From an uncultured Gammaproteobacteria bacterium (lineage in GTDB: Bacteria > Patescibacteriota > Microgenomatia > UBA8517 > JACQJR01), in assembly GCA_964442455.1 (NCBI GenBank), contig CAYTZB010000003.1, positions 19,842 through 83,841 on the forward strand: a stretch of DNA of 64,000 nucleotides, given 5' to 3'. Below are positions 57,681 through 64,000 of this stretch, piece by piece; position 1 is the stretch's first letter; the number at the start of each line of letters is the position of its first letter. A model generated the notes under the pieces. It saw only the letters and a program-made list of their open reading frames with translations. It was not told the origin of the DNA and searched no databases. Both the position numbers and the translations under genes were made by a program.

Positions 57681-59647
57681 TGTCCGATCTTTTATCCAAA
57701 CTTCAAAGTTGGGGGCTTTTGCTTCTCATATTCCTTTTGCCTCTCTTTTTCCTTCCCATAACAACTGATTTTTTTGATTTTCAAAAGCTTGCACTTCTTG
57801 TTGTAGGAACACTTCTTCTAGCGCTCGTATGGGCGCTGCGTGGGGTAGTCATAGGTCGACTCTCGTTCACCACAACAATATTTGATTTACCGGTTGTTGC
57901 GCTCGCGCTGTCATCAGTTCTTGCAGCATTTGTCCGTACTCCAAACAAAATGGACGCATTTCTTATTCCAGGAACTGCCACACTTATACTTTCTTGTACA
58001 CTTTTGTATTTTCTTATCACCCAAACCGTGAGAACCGACCGAGCACGCCTGCTTGTTTATGTGTTGTTCGGCTCGGGAATTATTGTTGCGCTTGTGTCTG
58101 CGGCCGCCTCAATGGGACTTCTTGAGTCCGTCACTATCCTTCCCGCTTTTATGAAGCAGAAAGTGTTTTCTTTGGTGGGTGCACCATTACCCACAATGAC
58201 ATTTGTGGGGGTTCTGGTTGTCCTTGCATTGGGGGGAATTATTAGGACGGTGCGCGCACAGCAATTTTTACTCTCCGGGCTTTTTGTCGTGCTCTCGGTC
58301 GTGTTTGCCTTGAGTTTGGGGGCAGTGTTACTGCAAGCTGCTCCCGGCAAACCCGCAGCGCCAAAACTTCTTCCGCTAACGACTGGCTGGGCAATTGCCA
58401 CAGAAGCGCTCAAACACTCACCCTTTGGGGTTGGTCCAGGCAACTTTATTGCTGGTTTTATGCAATATCGGCCAGTCGAATTTAATCAAACAGACGTGTG
58501 GAATCTACGCTTTGCTGTATCCTCAAACTGGTATCTCCAACTTTTTACCGAAGCGGGAATTGTGGGACTTTTAGTTTTTGTGTTTTTGGTGTGGAGGATT
58601 GTGCGATTAAAGACAATGGACAGTTCTATCCGCTATACGTTATACGCTATACTACTACTCTTTCTTCTCATTCCCGCTAACCTTTTATTACTTATTATTT
58701 TTTACTTATTACTTGCCCTGGCGGGAGTGGTAACTGCGAGAACACCCGTCCCGTATGCTAATCCAGTTAATGCCGAGTATGGAGTACCTAACACTGCGCT
58801 TCCCGCGCTGGTACTGGTGGTGGTTGTAGGTGTAGCGATTACAGTGGGCATCTTTGGGAGTCGGGCGTACGCGGCGGAGATGACGTACAAGCGAGCTCTA
58901 TCTGCTGCTGCCCGAAATGATGGGATTGCGCTTTACAACTTAATGATTGAGGCAATAAAGCGCAACCCACGTGTCGACCGTTATCGTATTACGTATTCAC
59001 AAACCAACCTTGCCTTAGCCAACACCATTGCACAAAAACAAGATATTACCGACCAAGACAGACAAACTATCACCGCACTGGTACAACAGGCTATAAGGGA
59101 GGGGCAGGGAGCGGTGGCGCTCAACCGTGAGAGCGCAATAAATTGGGAGAATTTGGCAAATATCTATCGCTCGCTTATCCCATTTGCTCAAGGAGCGGAC
59201 CAATGGGCATCGACCGCGTATAGCCAAGCGATTGCATTCGACCCCGTTAATCCACTTTTAAGGGTGGCGCTGGGGGGCGTGCACTATGGGGCAGGCAGAT
59301 TTGACGAGGCCATTCGCTCGTTTGAGCTTGCCACAATTGCCAAACCAGACTTTGCCAATGCCCACTATAATTTAGCCGCCGCGCTGCGAGAGAAAGGTGA
59401 CCAAAGTTCGCTCGAGCGGGCAGTCAAAGAGATGGAGCAAGTGCTCTCTCTTGTCCAACCGGGTACCCAAGATTACCAGACTGCCCAAAGAGAGCTAGAG
59501 AATTTGAAGAGTAAGCTGCCTAAAACTTCAACTGCAGGTGGGGAAACCTTACAAGCACCGCAACCGTCTCCGGCGCCGGTAATCAAGCCACCGCTTGAGC
59601 TTCCGGAGGAAGCCGGGCCACCCGAGGGACCAACCCCGAGCCCATAA
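57680..59647 (+). CDS. polytopic membrane protein (O-antigen ligase/Wzy-like) with C-terminal TPR repeats
   Basis: About 12 TM helices followed by TPR-like repeats (AYSQAIAFDP..., AHYNLAAALREKGD). Pro-rich tail. Confidence 0.5.
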   Translation: MSDLLSKLQSWGLLLLIFLLPLFFLPITTDFFDFQKLALLVVGTLLLALVWALRGVVIGRLSFTTTIFDLPVVALALSSVLAAFVRTPNKMDAFLIPGTATLILSCTLLYFLITQTVRTDRARLLVYVLFGSGIIVALVSAAASMGLLESVTILPAFMKQKVFSLVGAPLPTMTFVGVLVVLALGGIIRTVRAQQFLLSGLFVVLSVVFALSLGAVLLQAAPGKPAAPKLLPLTTGWAIATEALKHSPFGVGPGNFIAGFMQYRPVEFNQTDVWNLRFAVSSNWYLQLFTEAGIVGLLVFVFLVWRIVRLKTMDSSIRYTLYAILLLFLLIPANLLLLIIFYLLLALAGVVTARTPVPYANPVNAEYGVPNTALPALVLVVVVGVAITVGIFGSRAYAAEMTYKRALSAAARNDGIALYNLMIEAIKRNPRVDRYRITYSQTNLALANTIAQKQDITDQDRQTITALVQQAIREGQGAVALNRESAINWENLANIYRSLIPFAQGADQWASTAYSQAIAFDPVNPLLRVALGGVHYGAGRFDEAIRSFELATIAKPDFANAHYNLAAALREKGDQSSLERAVKEMEQVLSLVQPGTQDYQTAQRELENLKSKLPKTSTAGGETLQAPQPSPAPVIKPPLELPEEAGPPEGPTPSP

Positions 59648-59697
59648 TCCCTTAATTTCCCGTATACTCCCGTTGCTTCCCATGCTATCCTTAAATT

Positions 59698-60132
59698 GTG
59701 AAGAAAACTTCTGAGGAAATTGGACGAGAACTAGCGGAGAAAACGTTTAGAGAACTGGGAATTTACGGGAACAGAGGGGAATCTAAGGGAAAATCTCCCG
59801 CCCGCCTTGCCGCGAGGCAGGTAAATTCCCCCAAACTCCCGTTTCAAATTCCAGCTATAGAAAAAACTATGAGGCAAGCGCAAAGCACCCAGGGTTACAA
59901 GGCTTCTGCGGCCTGGCAAGCGGCATCTTTATTAAGAGATTTAGTCGAGCTTTATCTTGAAATTATTCCGGCGCGGCAATTTAGAAGAAAGACCCAGCTG
60001 GAGGACGCGGCCAGAAGTCCAGAAGTATGGTTTCGACTATCGAGGAAGGTTGGGCAAGACCGACAACAAGAGAATATCTTGATTATCTTGGCTTTTCTCA
60101 AGCGAGCCTTACAGAGGTTCGTGGAGATGTAG
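59698..60132 (+). CDS. hypothetical; possible N-terminal part of a disrupted four-helix-bundle-like gene
   Basis: Overlaps the next ORF in another frame. Flanked by TTCCCGTAATT-type repeats. Confidence 0.2.
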   Translation: MKKTSEEIGRELAEKTFRELGIYGNRGESKGKSPARLAARQVNSPKLPFQIPAIEKTMRQAQSTQGYKASAAWQAASLLRDLVELYLEIIPARQFRRKTQLEDAARSPEVWFRLSRKVGQDRQQENILIILAFLKRALQRFVEM

Positions 60133-60446
60133 AGAGATTGTACACGGATGGCTACTTGAAATCGGGAAAGTTTGAAATTCCTACTCCTTCCCGTAATTCC
60201 CCCTATCCTTCCGTAAATTCCCGGAAATATCCGACAGAATATGGGAAACTACGGGAGAGACTACGGGAGTTTACGGGAAGGGATATAAAAGCTTCAGACC
60301 TTAATTACGAAATTTTTACCGAGCTTGTAAATAAAACTGATTTTCTACTAAAAAGGACTGTAGGGGGTTTACAAAGTAGAATTATAAAAGAAGAAAAGCG
60401 CAAACTTACCCAAGATTTGGAAGCAATATACAGAAAGCATTGGTAG
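60027..60446 (+). CDS. four-helix-bundle-like protein (C-terminal part)
   Basis: YLDYLGFSQASLTEVRGDVERLYTDGYL resembles the conserved FLYIALGSLSELETQL...GYI block of TIGR02436 proteins. Contains a repeat-derived segment SRNSPYPSVNSRKYP. Confidence 0.3.
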   Translation: MVSTIEEGWARPTTREYLDYLGFSQASLTEVRGDVERLYTDGYLKSGKFEIPTPSRNSPYPSVNSRKYPTEYGKLRERLREFTGRDIKASDLNYEIFTELVNKTDFLLKRTVGGLQSRIIKEEKRKLTQDLEAIYRKHW

Positions 60447-60498
60447 ATTTCAATATTTCCCGTAATTTCCCGCTTCCTGTATATTCCCTTAATTTCCC

Positions 60499-63400
60499 TT
60501 AATTTCCCGTATTCTGTAGCTCAATTACCCACCAATTAAACTTCACATCAACCGCTACGGGATTGTCGAAGCCGACGGTGAACTCGCCAGCCTGTTTACT
60601 CTTAACGTACAGCACATTATTTAGAGTAGATGAGAGTGGTGTCACATAGACAAGGGTATTATCTGTTACAAAAGGTGATTTAATAGTAATTTGTGAGACA
60701 TTTGCGGGCAATACCGCCTGTCCGGCAGTCGCATTCGTTTGAATTTCGCCTGGTGCAAGGGTTCCTGAATTAGTAGCAGTATTATCAGTAGCAATTACAA
60801 GTTTCTCAGTCTCCACCTGGGCAAATTGTGCTCGCCTCGATTCGACATCGGCGAAGCGGGCGGAACCCGAGGCATTAATTGAAGCAACAGTTGCGCCTCC
60901 CGCGCCTTTTATGAGTAAGTTCCCAAAACCTGACTGGTTAGCTGATTCACTAGTTAGCTGGTTATCTAGGTCTATAACTAGATTTTGGTTGGGGAGTGGG
61001 GTAATGGTGTTTATCGCCAGTTTCCCCTCAACAGTTAGGTTGCCTTTAATAACCACGTCTCCATTTGTGGCAATTTGCACTCTGTCGCCCATGATGTAAA
61101 GGGGTTGGGCGGCAAGAGACTGAATAGACAATGGTGCGGACAACGTATTTATTGCAGTAACCATTTGACCATTTGGCCATACAGCCATGTCAGGATTGTT
61201 AGATGGTTGAATGGTTGATTGTTGAATTATTAAATCACTTCCTACATATACCGAGCCGACAGTCGCCAGATTACCTAGAATATTGGTAGTAGGTAAGCTG
61301 CCGTAGTCTGTAGTCTGTAGTCCGTTAGCTAGACTTGCAGAATCGGTGGCAACATTAGTGCTCCAGTCGTTTGCTTGGCTCATCAGCTTTTGGTCAACCT
61401 CGACTTGTGAGAGGAGATCCTCAATTTCAGCGAGAGTCAGTTTTTCAGGAGTCGGTTGTTGGTTTTCGGTCTGTCGGTTGTCGGTTGAAACCGATACCTG
61501 ACTACCTGATAACTGAGAGCTGATACCTGATAAACTGGATTGTAATTCATTCATCTTATTATTAACTTCATCCAAATCCGCCCGTGTCAAAGTATCTGCC
61601 GATATGTTTTGAGCCAACAAGTCCCCAAATGTCCCTCGGCGGGCGATTATCTCATCAGCGTATATGGTTCCTGCCACGTTAGCATCTTTACTAACCTCTA
61701 AGCTCTCTGCTCTAAGCTCTCCGCTAATTGTGGCATTACCTTGAATTTCTACATCCCCCTGGACAATTAGTTTGCCAAAACCGCTTTCAGCTATTTGACC
61801 ATCTGGCCATGTAGCCATGTCAGGATTGTTAGATGGTTGAATGGTTGCATGGTTACTCAGATCTATGACTAGATCTTCTCCTCCTGTTCTAATCTCACTT
61901 GTTTCAACAACCGGCGAGATTATTTTCTTTTCAGCAACTAGTTCTTGGGTTTGGACAACTCCTGCTTTTAAGCTAGCGACGATTAATTCCCCGAAGGCAC
62001 CCACACGATCGATAACTTCGTCTCCAATTTTTAATTTCCAATTTTTAATTTCCAATGAATTTTCATTGGTCATTGAATCATTAGAAATTGATTGTAAATT
62101 GTTACTTGAAAATTGATCATTACTGACAAGGCGTAAATCGCCGCTGTCAGTGAGATATACATCCGGATCATACCAGCCAACGTTGACGAAAGTAAGGATT
62201 CGGCCACAGGCCGTAGAATTTCTAATTGACCTAATTTCTAATTGACCTAATTGGTCATTGGTGCTTGGTACTTGATTAGAGCAATTAGTAATTAGTAATT
62301 CGTCATTTGAGCCGTCAAACGGCTCAAATGCTTTTCCAATAATAGGTCCTGCCCTCGTTGCTTTCATCGCAATCCCTGGAGTAGAGGAAGAAGTTAAGAA
62401 GTCTCCCGCCTCAATTGGCCCATTTTCGGTTGAGACCCTAGTTTGTACCTGCCCTACAATTCCTACTAATGCAGTCAGATGAGGATTCTTCTGGTCATAA
62501 ATATCATTGCCGACAAATCCAGGGTTGCTAGATACAACCCCTACCATTGATTTTCCATTTACACATTTTTCTGCCTTTCCCTCTAATGAAAGGCATACCA
62601 AATCTCCTGTTTCCAAATCTCCAGGTATTTGCTGATAGAAATACTCAGCATAGTCAGCACCATTGATATTTACAGTACCCGCAGCATTGATTGAGCGACC
62701 GGAGGTTGCGTCTCTCCATATATGCATAACTGTGTCCGTCCCAGTGTTTGGCCCAGTAGGGCTTAGACCGTTAGCGGGATAGTAAACATCCATCACAGTT
62801 CCACCAGCGCTTACAAAGTCAATAAATTTAGTTCCCCCAGTGTTACTATTTGTTACTGTCAGCTTTCCTGTGCTCGTGAGCTGCATTAGGTTACTTTCTG
62901 TGGAACCGCCGGATGCTTCCCAAAACCAAGCAAACTGCTTTGAGGATGATCGTGTATCTATCCTAAACCATGCGGCATCTGGATTTGTTGCCCCTGATTT
63001 GAGCGGTATACCTCTTTCAGTCATTACTCCAAGGTTTAAGATTGCTTCATCTGCAACCGTGGCGGTTTGAGTTTCAAGTTCCAGGCCTGCTACAACATCG
63101 GCATTTTCTAAAATAAGTGCGGTATGGGTACCTGTGAAAGAGGTATAAAAAGCAGAGGAGTTACCAAAGTTTGGATTTCCAGAAGAAGAGAAATCGTTAA
63201 AGTCGGCCGCTGCAGCAGAAACAACTTGGAAAGGTCCGCCGGCGACAGTTATTGAGTTTTTAATAAGGTTTGGTGAGGCGAGTTTGAGCACCGAGTTAAG
63301 GCTGAAATCAAAACTTTGCATCCAAATTTTATTTGGAGCACAGGTTGTAACACAATCTACCTCTCCGCCAATTGCTAGAATGGCTTTGTTGTCTGCGATG

Positions 63401-64000
63401 TTTGTTCCGGAGTTATAAGGATGGACAGGCGAGCCGGTGACCGAAACAGCAGCAATATCCGCAGGCCCGCCGGTTGAGTAAGCAGTTCCCGAGTCATCAG
63501 ATTTTCCGGTTGAGGCATTAGAATAACCATCAACTAAAGTGTCAGAATCCGTACCAACAACAGATAGGGCACCATAGGCAGAGGTAGTGGTGTTTCGTGT
63601 TCCAACATAAATGTAGCGATTATAGTCATCAACAGCGACCGCCTTTGTTACATTGGTTGAACCTAAGAGTTGCTGATAATTATCCGCTGTCGCCTGTTCT
63701 GTAATCCGGCTTGCTGTGTGGTTCTGTAGTGCCCGTCTGCCAACCTCATACATATGTTTAATTTGACCAGCGGTTAGAGTTTCGGCAGTAACGAATGGCT
63801 CGTCAAGGGAACCTTGGAAGTAGCTACCGTCATCATTTCTGCCTAAGGAGAAGGAGGCTGTTTTGTCGGTGAGTGTGGTAGAGGCGGAGGCGGAGTTGTC
63901 CAGTACGCCGTTTACATAGATTTTAAGTGTTGTCCCGTCATAGGTGCCCACAACATAATACCAACTAGTTGTTGATGTTAACGCAGTATTGCTTATTACT
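60499..64000 (-). CDS. giant cell-surface protein (partial; N-terminus beyond window) with LamG/concanavalin-A-like lectin domain and internal repeats
   Basis: Frame stays open to the window edge: upstream codons read ...AVISNTALTSTTSWYYV. The M at 63951 is an internal GTG. LamG-like motif LKIYVNGVLDN...GSLDEPFV. Duplicated module IQPSNNPDMA(T/V)WP(D/N)GQ. More than 1,165 aa within the window. Confidence 0.55.
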   Translation of the reverse strand, partial: VISNTALTSTTSWYYVVGTYDGTTLKIYVNGVLDNSASASTTLTDKTASFSLGRNDDGSYFQGSLDEPFVTAETLTAGQIKHMYEVGRRALQNHTASRITEQATADNYQQLLGSTNVTKAVAVDDYNRYIYVGTRNTTTSAYGALSVVGTDSDTLVDGYSNASTGKSDDSGTAYSTGGPADIAAVSVTGSPVHPYNSGTNIADNKAILAIGGEVDCVTTCAPNKIWMQSFDFSLNSVLKLASPNLIKNSITVAGGPFQVVSAAAADFNDFSSSGNPNFGNSSAFYTSFTGTHTALILENADVVAGLELETQTATVADEAILNLGVMTERGIPLKSGATNPDAAWFRIDTRSSSKQFAWFWEASGGSTESNLMQLTSTGKLTVTNSNTGGTKFIDFVSAGGTVMDVYYPANGLSPTGPNTGTDTVMHIWRDATSGRSINAAGTVNINGADYAEYFYQQIPGDLETGDLVCLSLEGKAEKCVNGKSMVGVVSSNPGFVGNDIYDQKNPHLTALVGIVGQVQTRVSTENGPIEAGDFLTSSSTPGIAMKATRAGPIIGKAFEPFDGSNDELLITNCSNQVPSTNDQLGQLEIRSIRNSTACGRILTFVNVGWYDPDVYLTDSGDLRLVSNDQFSSNNLQSISNDSMTNENSLEIKNWKLKIGDEVIDRVGAFGELIVASLKAGVVQTQELVAEKKIISPVVETSEIRTGGEDLVIDLSNHATIQPSNNPDMATWPDGQIAESGFGKLIVQGDVEIQGNATISGELRAESLEVSKDANVAGTIYADEIIARRGTFGDLLAQNISADTLTRADLDEVNNKMNELQSSLSGISSQLSGSQVSVSTDNRQTENQQPTPEKLTLAEIEDLLSQVEVDQKLMSQANDWSTNVATDSASLANGLQTTDYGSLPTTNILGNLATVGSVYVGSDLIIQQSTIQPSNNPDMAVWPNGQMVTAINTLSAPLSIQSLAAQPLYIMGDRVQIATNGDVVIKGNLTVEGKLAINTITPLPNQNLVIDLDNQLTSESANQSGFGNLLIKGAGGATVASINASGSARFADVESRRAQFAQVETEKLVIATDNTATNSGTLAPGEIQTNATAGQAVLPANVSQITIKSPFVTDNTLVYVTPLSSTLNNVLYVKSKQAGEFTVGFDNPVAVDVKFNWWVIELQNTGN

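Overview
This is a low-GC contig that looks like it comes from a small-genome bacterium, with a Candidate Phyla Radiation/Patescibacteria-like character. That inference rests on almost co-directional gene order, a single rRNA operon interrupted by introns, small membrane ORFs, four-helix-bundle proteins and a giant surface protein. Coding content from 5' to 3':
- trpS
- a secreted protein
- a HAD hydrolase
- ftsH
- a 5'-3' exonuclease
- a GT4 glycosyltransferase
- mutM
- recF
- NAD(P)H-hydrate dehydratase
- a Fic protein
- an ATP-dependent DNA ligase
- an ion-transport block: Nramp-like transporter, P-type Ca/Mg ATPase, Ca/Na antiporter
- an EndoQ-like PHP nuclease
- a phosphoribosyltransferase
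- a four-helix-bundle protein
- pth
- a CsoR-controlled redox/metal island: WrbA, CsoR, a rhodanese fusion, a P1B heavy-metal ATPase, thioredoxin, TrxB, a DsbA-like protein
- a tRNA-Glu/Lys/Gln cluster
- two unknown genes
- a complete 16S-tRNA-23S-5S operon
- an S1-domain protein
- radA
- an LPXTG protein with its sortase
- rho
- an M23 peptidase
- two tRNA-Ala
- a membrane/TPR protein
- the C-terminal 1,150+ aa of a giant LamG-domain surface protein that runs off the window.

The most unusual content is in the RNA genes and repeats:
1. One family of AT-rich palindromic elements (CGAAGCACGAA...TTCGAATTTCG) forms intervening-sequence-like insertions in 16S helix 6 and in 23S helices 25 and 45. 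It also occurs intergenically and supplies in-frame codons to protein genes.
2. The 16S carries a 744-nt intron at position 1506 that encodes a LAGLIDADG homing endonuclease.
3. The 23S carries a 351-nt ORF-less intron-like insertion near position 2500.
4. The spacer tRNA-Ile(GAU) sits inside a 136-nt insertion in the anticodon loop of a second, fully paired tRNA with the same anticodon.
5. Further repeat families (TTCCAATTT, CTAATTGACC, TTCCCGTAAT) and GC-rich palindromes (CCGCCAGCTGGCGG, plus a 32-nt CCGG/GGCC element) are scattered through intergenic DNA and coding sequence, including inside the giant surface-protein gene.

No CRISPR array, integrase or transposase was seen.
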